Shown: positions 37,910 through 50,737 of the stretch, in pieces
Position numbering within the stretch: the first letter of the stretch is position 1
How the letters are laid out: the number at the start of each line of letters is the position of its first letter
Source of the DNA: Octopus bimaculoides
Taxonomy: Eukaryota
DNA length: 64,000 bases
Reading direction: 5' to 3'
Assembly (NCBI RefSeq): GCF_001194135.2
Contig: NC_068983.1
Coordinates: 38,802,003 to 38,866,002, forward strand
Made by a program: the position numbers and the translations under genes
The notes under the pieces: model-generated
Database searches by the model: none
Told to the model about the DNA's origin: nothing
The model's input: the letters and a program-made list of their open reading frames with translations, nothing else

Positions 37910-38520
37910 GTATAGAACTTACTTTTCATCTGAAGTTTTAACGCGTTCATGAAATGGATCGTTTTTGTTGTACTAAAGAAGTGCAAAGCAGACTTTTCAC
38001 AAATGTAGTTTTATTTAAATTTTCATTCCTTTATTGGGAAAGTTTTTTGAACTTCTCAGTTTTCTGCAAATGTCAAACAATTATTGAATAGTCCACTTTG
38101 TTCTTCAGCAATCTTTCAAGTTGTTTTACATCCACTTAATAATGGCCCTCAATTGGTTGTTGTCATCTTAGAAGGCTATCCATGATCTCATCTGCAAGGG
38201 TCTTGTGGTCTCCTATAAAATTTTAGATCTAACCTAGAGCTGTCATTACTCTTAATAAAGTGATAGGTCCTGTCAGAGGGCCCTGGTTGATCTGGGTGAG
38301 GCGATATAGACTCCTTCCCCTCTCAGGTGAATTGCACAATCACTCTATTAATTGTAGAAAGTGGGATCCCAAGGTTTCCTGCAATTTTACTCTGCTTATG
38401 TCCACCTTTAGAATGACCCACAATATGACCTCTTTGAAATACAGACAGTTCCAAGGCTTCTTTTGTACATGGCATGATTAAACAGCATGATTAACATAGA
38501 GAACCTGAAACATAAAAATG
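37910..38520 (-). mobile_element. Internally deleted Tc1-family transposon remnant
   Basis: ATG at 38474 gives [60 protein letters not shown], a Tc1 paired-type HTH; no DDE core present. Confidence 0.75.
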
Positions 38521-39447
38521 TCAATTAATAAAAAATATAAACCATTACAAATTAGAATAAACATAAAACAATGTTTCATGGGGTGTCTATTTACTTCTGT
38601 AATGTCTTTGTATATCTACATTCATAGATAGACACACATACATACATACATACATACATAGTTATATAGATATGTAGATATAGATATAATCTTATTTGTC
38701 ATTAACTATTTTTGTTGTTAATGCTTTGTTACTTTTGGAAAATGGTGTGTGTTCTAATTGGGTTGTTTTTTATCAAGCAAGATTTATACCTCTGGGGAGT
38801 GTCTAAAAACTAATTAAATTATCACAGTCTTGTTAGAAATCCATTCAATATTATGAATGTTTGTAAACTGATGTTGACTCGGCAACTTGACATGGACTCA
38901 ATAACTTGCCTGCAAATTTACATGTTCTCTTTTACTTTAAAATGTAATTAAAAAAATAAACACCAAAAGAAACAAGCTAAGTGGGTTCATTATTACATAC
39001 GGTGTTTTGTTTTGAGTAAAATATTGGTGGCGCTTCTAGGCTTATAAATTGTTAGATACCACTAGAGGCAGACTTTTCTGTTTAACCAGCTTCAAGGTTT
39101 TTCAAATGTAGTTGGATGAGGAGCTGGGCTAGTATTTGTGAACTATAATTAAGTATTAATGAAAGTATTATTTGTAATTACCTTTGCACAGTGGATTTCA
39201 TCAATCCTAGAAATTGTTGTTATGTATCTTCTTTGCTTTGGATCTTTGGTTTGAAATCAGCTTTGACAATCAAAAAAAATATATATATAAAAAACTTAAT
39301 GTGTAGCATCACTAAAGGGAGTAATACTGTTAGTAAATATTATAACAAATGATGGTGGTAAGGGCCTTCACTTTAAACTCATCTTTGTATAGTTTCTAAC
39401 TCTCTTCAAATCTCAAATACACTCCACCACCAACACACATTAGAATA

Positions 39448-39688
39448 TATTCTTTTCTACTCTAGGCACAAGGTTCGAAAATTTTTGGGGTCGGGGTCAG
39501 GGTGGGGGTCCAGTCGATTAGATCGACCTCAGTACACAGCTGATACTCAATTTATTAACCCCGAAAGGATGAAAGGCAAAGTTGACCTCGGCAGAATTTG
39601 AACTTAGAACGTAAAGACAGACGAAATACTGCTTAGTATTTCGCCCGGTACGCTAACGATACTGCCAGCTCGCCAGCTCGTCACCTTC
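39448..39688 (-). mobile_element. SINE family B
   Basis: ccccgaaaggatgaaaggcaaagttgacctcggcagaatttgaact...ctgccagctcgcc. Confidence 0.85.
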
Positions 39689-40254
39689 ACACATTAGAAT
39701 ATTGCTCTTGTATACAGAGCTGCATGGCTGCTACATATAATGTCTATTTTAGATTGAATCGAAAAAAGTTGTCAACATACTACAATCACTCGTTGACGCA
39801 CTGTACCACTTTACTACTACTACTACTACTACTACTACTGTTTCTGCTTTTCTGCACTTTTCCAACTGTGTACTCTTTGCTCCTACATCCACTCCTCTTC
39901 CTTTCATTGCCACTACTACTTCTTGCCTCACTGATCTTATACTGATTCCCACCCTCACCCTAAATTGCAGGCACCTGGAACTCCTTCTATATCACCGCCT
40001 TAATATTGATCTGCATTTCAGCCTTAATATCAACATCTGAGAAAGTATTATACAAAAAGTACTGATACTTCCCTTTTTCCTGTAATCATTTAAACTGTTT
40101 AGCATTATGCAGTTCTATATTTCTTTACGTGTTATTTTAAGATAATCCTTTCACAAAATAGGTCACAGGAAAAAAAAAAAATCCTTCCTTGAATAGGATG
40201 TCAGTCTTTTAGAGGAAACTTTCCCAGTTATCTTGGTACATATTTCCGAAAGCA

Positions 40255-40546
40255 CTAGTATTGGTGCCACATAGAAAGCACTGGTGATGGTACCTTGTAA
40301 AAAGTACTGGTGATGGTACCACATAAAAAGCACCAGTAATGGTGCCATGTATAAACCACCCAGTACACCCTGTAAAGTGGTTGGCATTAGGAAGGGCATC
40401 CAGCTGTAGAAACCATACCAAAATAGACAATGGAACCTGGAACGGTTTCTGGCATGCCAGCTCCTGTCGAACTGTCCAACCCATGTCAGCATGGAAAGCC
40501 GACATTAAATAATGATGATAATGGTGGTGGTGGTGGTGGTGATGAT
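40255..40546 (+). mobile_element. SINE family D with ~32-bp internal repeats
   Basis: aaagcactggtgatggtacc repeated 3-4 times, then gttggcattaggaagggcatccagctgtagaaacc. Confidence 0.85.
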
Positions 40547-41313
40547 GAACAGAGACATGTACAATAAAGTGATTTTGCTCAAATTCAACATGAAACATTT
40601 GCAATGGATGTGATCTCTTGAACCCTGAACTTGTAATTCAATATTCTGTTCCCCTGGTGAATTTCTCTTTGCCTGGGTATTGTTAGGTGTTAGCTGTGTG
40701 GTTTGGAAGCTTGCATCCCAAATAGATGGTTTTGGATCTCATTCCATTGTGTAGCATCTTGGTTAAGTGTCTTTAACAATAACTCCAAGCTGACCAAAGC
40801 CTTCTAAGTGAACTTGATAGATGGAAACTGAAAGAAGTTCATCATATGCATGTGCATGTGTGTGAGTATGTTTTTGCTTGTGTCTCCTTACCTTTGATGT
40901 TATGTGATAGTTGTAAGTAGACTGCTGGATCAGATACTTTGTGGTATTTGTTCTAGTTCTTTACATTCTAATTTCAAATCCTTCCATGACATACTTGCAG
41001 AAAGTTAATTTTTGCTAACTGTACTCTGCCCAATCAGTGTGTGGCTTTACTAAATTACTTAAGTTGATTGGTGTTTGGTTTAGGTGTCACGGTTTGTCGA
41101 ACATGTCAAGAGACCTGTATTTTGACCCTGGCCAGGGATTTTTACATTTCAGCTATCGTCATCATCCTATTCATCTCCTTTATTGTTGTTGTTGTTGTTG
41201 TTGTTAGTGGTGGTGGTAGGAGTAGCTGTGGTAATAGAACTTTAAACCCAAAAATACGATTATTTTTACTGACTTTTCTCTTGATTTAGCTAGTATTTTC
41301 CTACTATCATCAT

Positions 41314-41357
<44 letters not shown>

Positions 41358-41398
41358 AAGAGATGACACCAGAAAAAGCAAATGTTATGTAATGAACT

Positions 41399-41490
41399 TT
41401 CAGTAGCTTACAGTTGTTTCTGCCATAAGATGTGGTGGACTCTTAGTTAAGTATCTGGATAACATTCTATAACTTCATCAGAACCCTGAA
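41399..41490 (-). ncRNA. Type I minimal hammerhead ribozyme motif, catalytic core intact (GUA site)
   Basis: Minus strand: uucaggguu CUGAUGA aguuaua...uauggca GAAA C aacu G UA agcuacugaa; stem I uucag/cugaa plus gguu/agcu; stem II partly decayed (A-A at its base). Confidence 0.6.
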
Positions 41491-41595
41491 TATGAAGTGC
41501 ACTTTATTTGGGAAAGTTAGATTTTCAGAACATACAGAATTTACTTTTGCTCTCTTTCTCCTTCCACCTGGGATAACCATATATCTCCTCTACAA

Positions 41596-42044
41596 CAAAA
41601 CACATGTTTCTTATTTCTTTATTGCTCACAAGGGGCTAAACATAGAGGGGACAGACGAAGGGGTTAAGTTGATTACATCAACCCCGGTGTGAAACTGGTA
41701 CTTAATTTATCAACCCCAAAAGGATGAAGGGCAAAGTCAACCTCGGCGGACTGTCCCTCTATCATAGTTTAACTTCTCATCAGCTGGCACAAAGCCACCT
41801 CCCTCAATGCTACTCCTGTTCTCAGTTGAGGGACCTTTGTCTTGCAAGTTACTTGCTGGTGCTGGTGCCATGTAAAAAGCACCCAGTCCACTCTGTAAAG
41901 TGGTTGGCATTAGGAAGAGCATCCAGCTGTATGTCAAATCAAACAATGGAGCTTGGAACAGTCCCCAGGTTTACCAGCCCTTGTCAAACCATCCAATCCA
42001 TGCCAGCCTGGAAGACCGATGTTAAATGAGGATGATGATGATGA

Positions 42045-42076
<32 letters not shown>

Positions 42077-42230
42077 TATCTCCTTAACTTAGTTGTTTGG
42101 CAAAGGGGAATGATAAAATAAGTACCAGACTTATAAAGAATAAATGCTGGGGGTTGATTTGGTTGGCTAAACTCTTCAAGGTGGTGTCCCAGTATAGCCA
42201 TTGTCCAATTTCTGAAACAAAGTAAAAGAA
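41596..42230. mobile_element. SINE cluster: family B (-, 41596-41749), family D (+, 41790-42044), family A tail (+, 42045-42230)
   Basis: Family-diagnostic motifs as above. Confidence 0.8.
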
Positions 42231-42591
42231 TTAAAAAAAACTCTGCAAAAGAATACATAAATATAAACATCATCTGCATCAATATCATTGCTCTAGAAGC
42301 TTCTACCTGAACAGACAATAACAAGCTTATGTAGGTTTGTGATTGTTGAGAAAAAACTAGTTTCATATATGTGGTAGCTGATTTGGCGTAGTCTTTACCT
42401 ACTCTATCATATAAGGTGTATAACTGAAGGGATCTGTTGTAAGAACGGAACTATTCCATTAAAGTTAGAAAGGGGTGTAAGGTAGGTGAAAATGAATAAA
42501 GAAGAGCGAATAATCTGGTGAGTTAAAAAGAAGAGTTGGAGAGAATATGTGAGAACCACTAGGTAATAATATCAAATATCTAATATATATA

Positions 42592-42636
<45 letters not shown>

Positions 42637-42651
42637 TGTATATATATATGT

Positions 42652-42685
<34 letters not shown>

Positions 42686-42687
42686 GC

Positions 42688-42726
<39 letters not shown>

Positions 42727-42778
42727 TGTTGTAAACTTAAGGTGTTGGTAAACAAGTGAGTAGACAAAGAACAAACAG

Positions 42779-42819
<41 letters not shown>

Positions 42820-43988
42820 ACAGAGAGAGAGATGTGTGTGTGGCTAAGAAAAGATGATGAATTTCTTGAAAAGAGGATACTAAACAAGAGTTGTTAAAAT
42901 GAATTACTGGCTTAGATCTGAAACAAGAATTTTAAAGATGAAACAATGAAAAGCATTTTATTTTGTTTTATTTTATTTTATTTTTATTTCTATTTATTTA
43001 TTTATTTTGTCATTGGTGTGAATCTAAAAGAGCTTCATTTAAAAAAAGAAATTCTTTGCTTTTTTCTTTAGAATATATAACTCCTGATAGCAGCACCGTA
43101 ACGTGACAAACAGAAATACAAATGGATTTTCACTTTATTTATATATTAGTTTATTTATCCTTATGTGTTTATTTATTTACATGTGTTTATTTATATATAT
43201 ATGTATTTATTTATACATATATTTATTTTCATTGCACGAATACACATTCAAAAAAATACTCTGATTGCCAATAAAATTCTCATGGTCTCTCTCTAGAATG
43301 TCAAGTTTATTGGTTGCTATGGTGTAATAACTTGATAGATCTTCCCTGTTCCCCTAGCTTTTTTTTTCTTTACAACCAAAACAAGTTGCACATTTGCATG
43401 TTTGTATGCATGCATGCGTTTGAATGTGAGTGCATCTGTGTGCATGTGTGTGTGCGTGTGTGTGTGTGTGTGGCTGGATCCCTATTTTTACTCTTAGGTT
43501 GCCCTGACAACAGGTTATAGAGCCTTTGAGTCATAGCTAGGCTCTTCAATGCAAACGGATCTGTTTTGCTAATCGAATCACCTTGTTAGAATAGCCTGCT
43601 TTATTTGTTCCCACTTATCATGCCTTTTACATTATCATTTTACTCAACAGGTCGTCTGCTGAAGATTTGACAGCACTGTACAAATATCTATGTGTATGAG
43701 TGTATATATACATGCGAGTATATGCTTGTATGTGTCTCTGTTTGTGTGTATGTCTTTCTATTGGGAGAACAGTATTTCTCTCCTTTGCCTCCTTTCTCAA
43801 AGCTTCTATGATTTGTGAACAACATACATGTTTGAGTAATGTAGTATTTAATGTTTCATGTCTAAATATATAGTTGTTTGGTTGTTTGCTGTGAAATTTA
43901 TTACTCACGTGTCTTTCTTTTCTGTTGGTGAATTAGATATCTCTTGTGTATGGATGTGTACATATGCATATGTGTATGTGTATTTACA

Positions 43989-44032
<44 letters not shown>

Positions 44033-44165
44033 CACACATATTCACACACACACGCACATACACGCACACACACACACACACACACACAACTCACATATGT
44101 ATATTGATAATTCATTTATTACCTTTTTGTTTTGTAATTCATCAGATGTACTTATATATGTGCAT

Positions 44166-44201
<36 letters not shown>

Positions 44202-44511
44202 AGATATTAACATATATGTGATGTGTGTGTGTATACAAACCTACGGATTGTTTCAATTCTATGTCCACCTTATAAATCATAAAAATAGTTGTAATAAGTC
44301 TTCAGCTCTGAACATAGGTATTAAAGTATAAAAAAGAAAATTAATAATATATATATATATAGAGAGAGAGAGAGATCATTATTAATCATAGGGCAGCAAA
44401 AGAAATTTTAGAAATTTAATTTACCACCAGTGGTCCAGCAAGAATAAAAAATTAGTCAATAGACTACATATATATTATTCATTTAAAATATAGAGATGCC
44501 TATAATAGGAC

Positions 44512-44704
44512 ATCTACCCGCTAGAAAGAGCAGCACTCTGCTGACGAAAGCTCCCGAGTTAGATATACTTTTATCTTGCTAAATAGCTTGAGACCATGGT
44601 ACAGAGTATAGACTGGTAAAAATGTTTTTATTTTTCATTCTCTTTCGAAATTATCCCTATTTTTGTGGTATAGAGTTTTTTGCTGCTCTTTCTAGCGGGT
44701 AGAT
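44512..44704. mobile_element. 193-bp element with perfect 24-bp terminal inverted repeats enclosing a hammerhead motif
   Basis: atctacccgctagaaagagcagca (44512-44535) and tgctgctctttctagcgggtagat (44681-44704). Confidence 0.85.
44535..44607 (+). ncRNA. Type I minimal hammerhead ribozyme motif (GUA site; A14G core change)
   Basis: acucug CUGACGA aagcu...agcuu GAGA C CAUG G UA cagagu: 6-bp stem I, 5-bp stem II, palindromic CAUG loop in stem III. Confidence 0.75.
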
Positions 44705-45072
44705 ATATATAGAGATAGATATATAAAAGTAATTTAATTCATAGCAAATATAAAAGCAACAAAGGTACTAAACAACTATTCACTTTGTGAACTTTTATAT
44801 TCCAAATGGTTAATTTTTTTTTTTAATGTGTGAATTTTTTATTGTTAATGAATTTAGATTAATATCGATTTTTAAAAAATTTTTGTGAGTAAAGATGGCT
44901 AAGTCAATGAGTGAAGGACAACTATGGAATTGGTTTTTGTCTATGGTTAAGACACTTAACTCTGTAATAAGAGAATACACTTAGCTGTAAGTAGATGAAG
45001 CTGGCTAGTAACCACAAGTCATCACTTTGTAAAGAGGCAGCTCTAAAACATTGACAAGTGAGCAATTATAGG

Positions 45073-45660
45073 CACAGGAGTGACTCTGTGTGGTCAGTAG
45101 ATTACTTACCAACCACATGGTTCTGGGTTCAGTCCTACTGCGTGGCACCTTGGGCAAGTCTCTTCTATTATAGCCTTGGGCTGTCCAAAGCCTTGTGAGT
45201 GGATTTGGTAGACGGAAACTGAAAGAAGCCCATCGTATACATATATACATACAGATATGGAAATATTTTACTCTCAAACGCATAATAATAGCTTATGCTA
45301 TTCAGCATTATTGTTATGCGTTTGAGAGTAAAATATTTACATATCTGTGTATTTCAATACATCTCAACGCTTCTAAAAAAGCAAACTTTGTTTGTATACA
45401 TACATCTTAATATGTATGNNNNNNNNNNTGTGTGTGTGTGTTTGTGTGCCTGTGTTTCCCTGCACCCCCCCACCACCACCACCATCACTTGACAACTGGA
45501 TGCTAGTGTGTTTACGTCCCCCATAACCTAGCGGTTCGGCAAAAAAGGCTGATAGAATAAGTACTAGGCTTACTAAGAATACGTCCTGGGGTCGATTTGT
45601 TCGCCTAAAAGGCACTGCTCCAGCATGGCTGCAGTCAAATGACTGTAGCAAATAAAGGAA
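45073..45660 (+). mobile_element. Full SINE family A (small N-gap inside)
   Basis: ggttcagtcctactgcgtggcaccttgggcaagt...gcagtcaaatgactg. Confidence 0.88.
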
Positions 45661-45907
45661 TAAATGAATTAACATACAGTGCTGAGTGCAGTTGTTTCTG
45701 TAGGCCTGGAGAAGGCAATGAGGAAAATGACTCCAGCCTAATCTACTCTAGAATCATGAGATGAAGCTCAGCCCTCAGTGAGGAAATGGCAATGAATCAA
45801 ATATGTGATGCAATTTCAATTCCTGGTTGAAACTATTTCATTTCTTTCACACTTCTAATGCTTTTTGAGGATGTATGATTGTCACAGCTTCACTTTTCCC
45901 TACATAG

Positions 45908-45981
45908 CTCTGGTACTATAGACATCTGGTTTGAATGTCACTGGAAAGGATTACAAGATTCTTCAATTCTAAATAACTGGA
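45908..45981 (+). CDS. Candidate 74-nt exon SGTIDIWFECHWKGLQDSSILNNW (unknown)
   Basis: Acceptor cacttttccctacatag, donor gtgaga, open frame; no recognised homology. Confidence 0.25.
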
Positions 45982-46189
45982 GTGAGACTTGTATTTGAAC
46001 TGAAAATAAAATGGTTGGATAATATCCAAAATCTGAGTTGGTCACAGTTTTGAATCCAGCAGGAAAGTGTAATAAAGGTTGATTCCTGATAGGACCCTAT
46101 GGAGAAGCAGTCCCTGAGGACTCTACCTCCAGAACCCTCCCTGTATGAAGAAACCAGTATGACACAACATTGCCTTAACTGATAAATAC

Positions 46190-47112
46190 CTTGTCTTTCT
46201 CAAAGGCATTATTGGTATAAACCAGTGGTTCTCAAAGTGGGCGGTATCGCCTACAAATCTAGTAAGATAGAATGTTTCAGAGAATGATATATGCAAATGC
46301 AGAAAGGTCGGAACACTGAAACATATTCTTTCCATCTGTTCATTAACATCGAATAGATATACATGGAGACACAACCTGGTACTGAAGGTTATCTTCAATA
46401 TTATAAAGAACTAAATCGCTTTCATCAGCAGTAGAAAAAAGAAACAATGAAAGAACCAACCAGAGATTTCATTACCTTCATGTGCTCAGGACAGCAGATC
46501 CATTATAAGAAGAAGAAGAAGAAACTTCCTGTGAGAGATGAAAAGTGGAGTGATTATTGTCAGGTGGTTGCAAGATTCTTTCCCATCCCAGTTGCGAAAA
46601 AATCGGATATTATAATGTGGTGTGAAAAAAAAACAAGTGGTGAATCTAGTTGAGTTAACGGTTCCTCATGAAGATAACATGGACATCGCTTGGGCTCAAA
46701 AGATAAACCATTATGTAAACCTCCTTGAGGAATGTAAAGACGCAGGCTGGAAAGCGGAGCATTTTCTAGTCGAAGTCGGATGTAGAAGATTTGTTGGACA
46801 CAGTGTGAGGTGACTGTTGTTATTGTTTGACCTAACTCATCATAAAGTGAACGATATCCAAACCACTGTGGAAGAGGCAAACCACTGGATTTAGTTAAAA
46901 AGAGATGATGAGCAATGGCTAGAAGAATATTGAGCTTTATTTGATAACCAGTTGATCTAGCAAGTGAGGCCTCATATCAGCATAATGATGCCGTTGAGAG
47001 GTAAGCCCCGAAACAGCGCGCATTCTTTCCTGGTGACTCCATACACTTGCTGGCTTCTGGTATGTGAAGCTTTTAACTGGTAGCACTTGCATGTGAAAGT
47101 TCTTTGCTAAAT
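46190..47112 (+). mobile_element. 3' end of an R2-group (HERO/NeSL-like) non-LTR retrotransposon: CCHC knuckle, restriction-like endonuclease, 3' UTR; decayed
   Basis: PTNLVR*NVSENDICKCRKVGTLKHILSIC..RYTWRHNLVL; KSDIIMWCEK..VNLVELTVPHEDNM..KINHYVNLLEECKDAGWKAEHFLVEVGCRRF..EEANHWI*LKR. Confidence 0.85.
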
Positions 47113-47969
47113 ATAGAAACCATGCTAAAGCAGGCATTGGAGCACAATGCAGTCTTGCAACTCATCAGATCCTGCTAAGCTAGCCAACCCATGCCAGCAT
47201 GGAAGATGAATGTTAAATTAGAATGAGGATAATGATGATGTTGTGTGTTGTTAATTGCTGAAATATGGGTGGAGACAAATTATAATGAAAACTCTAACAG
47301 TTCCTTTACTAGTGTGCAACAGAGAAAGAAACAAAATAAAGAAAAAAGGATATCACTAGACTTGAAGCAGAATGAGTTATATTGTGGCTGATATTTTTCA
47401 CTTGTGAGAATTTTGTTAAACATTTTTGAATTTGTGATGAAAAATATAAATAATAAAAAGTAATAATATTAATAATAGCAAAATTTTTAAAATGTTTTAG
47501 TTATTTAAGAATTTGTAAAATGACAAAAAACAAATAATAATGCCCCTATTTTTAAGGAAGATTTCTCATTGAATAAAATTTTAAGATTTTTATTTTAAAA
47601 AGGAAGGAAAACTGATGCAAAGATGTTCTAATGTGATAAGGAAGTACATAAAGAAATTGGTTGATGATAAACATTAACAATAAGAAAAACAAAAGTGATG
47701 GTTTGGGGAGGGCTTCACATATGAGCAGCTGACATCTGCTGTGCAGAGTAAATACCAATGTATGGAGGAATAATAAGAATAGTAGTAGTAGTAGCAGATC
47801 ATTTAATTAAAAAAAGTTTTTCCTTCTGAGTTTTTAGCATACTTAGCATTACTAACATATATAGGCCCTTTAGATAAAATGTTGAACTTTGAGGTTAGAT
47901 AACAATATCTGACCTATTAGCCTTGATCACACTATTTTTAAAATGCATTTTGTACATTATTAGTGTTGC

Positions 47970-49081
47970 CTTGTGGTTAAGAAGTGTGATTTGCCAATAT
48001 GTGGTTTCAGGTTTGATCCTGCCTCATGGCACCTTGGACAAGTGACTTTTACTGTAGTCATTGTTGTTGGCATCATCATCATTATCTTTTAATGTCCGTT
48101 TTCCATGCTAGCATAGGTCGAATGGTTTGACATGGTCTGAGGAGTCTCAAAGAGGCATGTACCTCTATGTACAGATATATGTGTGTGTGTAGGTGCAAGC
48201 ATGGCTTTGTGGTCAAGAAGCTTGCTATCCAACCACATGGCTTTTGGTTCAGTCCCACTGCATTGCATCTCCAGCAAGTGTCTTCTTCTAAAGCTTTGTG
48301 AGTAGATTTGGTAGATGGAAACTGAATGAATCTCATTGTGTGTGTATGAACTTTATTGACTTTTTTATGGTTTAATCCAAGGAGGAAACACATGACTTCT
48401 TTTAGGGCCTCCAAGACTGCTGGGCAGGGAAGTGAGGAAGTTATCCCCAGACTGGAAACCTTACCTGAATGTTTACATCTGAGTAGACTACACTAAAAAC
48501 ACTCAAGAGCCAGGTGGTGGTGTTAAACCAAGGAAATTAAATTTACTTCTATGTTTTCAATTAGGGAGACACTCACCTCTGTGATCTTACTGTCAAATCA
48601 GATATTCCTTAAATGTAGTATTAGAGTAGCTGTTCGTTTCATTTCCTGATTGAAGCCATTCCAATTTACTTGTTTACATTTGCAATGTTGTTATAATTTG
48701 TGAAAGATATACATGTCATAGCATTGTATTCTCTTACAGAATCACTTACACTGTATTACAGTGTTCCCTTACAGAATATCAATCATGTAATTTAGGTAGG
48801 TCATAGGCACAGAAATGGATCTCTGATTAGCTTTTATCTTTTACCTGTTTCAGTCATTAGACTGTGGCCATGCTGGGGCACTACCTTGAAGGGTCCCATT
48901 CAAATGAATTGACTCCAGCATTTATTTTTTGAAGCCTGGTATTTATTATATAGGTTTCCTTTTGGCAAACTGCTAAGTTAAAGGGGATGTAAACAAACCA
49001 TTACTCTCAAGCAGTGATAGGGGACAAACACACACACACATATGTAAATATATACATATATGTGTGTGTGTGTATACATAC

Positions 49082-49118
<37 letters not shown>

Positions 49119-49362
49119 TACTCATGATGGGCTTCTTTCAGTTTCCATCTACTAAACCCACTCTCAAAGCTTTGGTCTGCACCTATTTTCCAACTTCATG
49201 GTAAAGAGATTTAATCCCTCACTGTTCGCCACTCTTGCTCAATTGTTTCTAACATTGCCTCGAGCTGACTAATGCTTTATCAGTGGAAGTTACAGGAAAA
49301 TTACTTGACTTTGACATATATGTGTGCATATATGTGTGAGCATGCCTATGTACACGTTAGCA

Positions 49363-49396
<34 letters not shown>

Positions 49397-49597
49397 TTTG
49401 TGCCTGTGTTTGACCTCTCATCACTGCTTGAAGATCCATGCTGGCATATTTACATTCCTGTAACTTAGCAGTTGAGCAAAAGAGAACAATAAAATAAGTA
49501 TTAGGGTCAATTCATTCAACTAAAATTTTTCAAAGTAGTGCTCCAGTATGGGTGCAGTCTAATGACTGAAACAAGTAAAACAATAAAAATAAAAGAT
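47970..49597. mobile_element. Cluster of family A heads and tails in both orientations plus a family D fragment
   Basis: Heads at ~47970 and 48190 (+), copy 48830-49180 (-), tail 49370-49597 (+), D tail ~48070 (-). Confidence 0.75.
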
Positions 49598-50233
49598 TNN
49601 NNNNNNNNNNNNNNNNNNNNNNNNNNNNNNNNNNNNNNNNNNNNNNNNNNNNNNNNNNNNNNNNNNNNNNNNNNNNNNNNNNNNNNNNNNNNNNNNNNNN
49701 NNNNNNNNNNNNNNNNNNNNNNNNNNNNNNNNNNNNNNNNNNNNNNNNNNNNNNNNNNNNNNNNNNNNNNNNNNNNNNNNNNNNNNNNNNNNNNNNNNNN
49801 NNNNNNNNNNNNNNNNNNNNNNNNNNNNNNNNNNNNNNNNNNNNNNNNNNNNNNNNNNNNNNNNNNNNNNNNNNNNNNNNNNNNNNNNNNNNNNNNNNNN
49901 NNNNNNNNNNNNNNNNNNNNNNNNNNNNNNNNNNNNNNNNNNNNNNNNNNNNNNNNNNNNNNNNNNNNNNNNNNNNNNNNNNNNNNNNNNNNNNNNNNNN
50001 NNNNNNNNNNNNNNNNNNNNNNNNNNNNNNNNNNNNNNNNNNNNNNNNNNNNNNNNNNNNNNNNNNNNNNNNNNNNNNNNNNNNNNNNNNNNNNNNNNNN
50101 NNNNNNNNNNNNNNNNNNNNNNNNNNNNNNNNNNNNNNNNNNNNNNNNNNNNNNNNNNNNNNNNNNNNNNNNNNNNNNNNNNNNNNNNNNNNNNNNNNNN
50201 NNNNNNNNTCTCTGGATCTCATCTGTGGATTAC

Positions 50234-50274
<41 letters not shown>

Positions 50275-50737
50275 TACACACACACATGCACACATATTCA
50301 CACATGCCCATACAAACACACACACACATACTCGCAAACATGCACACACACACTCACAAACACACACATACATATATACATACTCACACACACACTCACA
50401 TATGCACACACACACATACATACTCACATACACACACTCTCACACATATATGCATACCCACACACACACGCACACACACACACACACACCACATATACAC
50501 CCTTTATACATTTACATATAGCAAGTATGTGAGTATTTTAATCCAACTTTCTAATTTCTTGGCCCTCTTCACTGTTCTAGATTTGCTGAACTCATGACGT
50601 CGCTATGAAAAACAAGTAATAAAGTGAGTGTGTGAGAAAGTTAAAGTATCAAATCCATTGTATGTTGATTATTATTCAACATTATATTCAACTGACCATT
50701 AATTGAATGTCTGGACATGATTCCTCTTGAGATTCTT

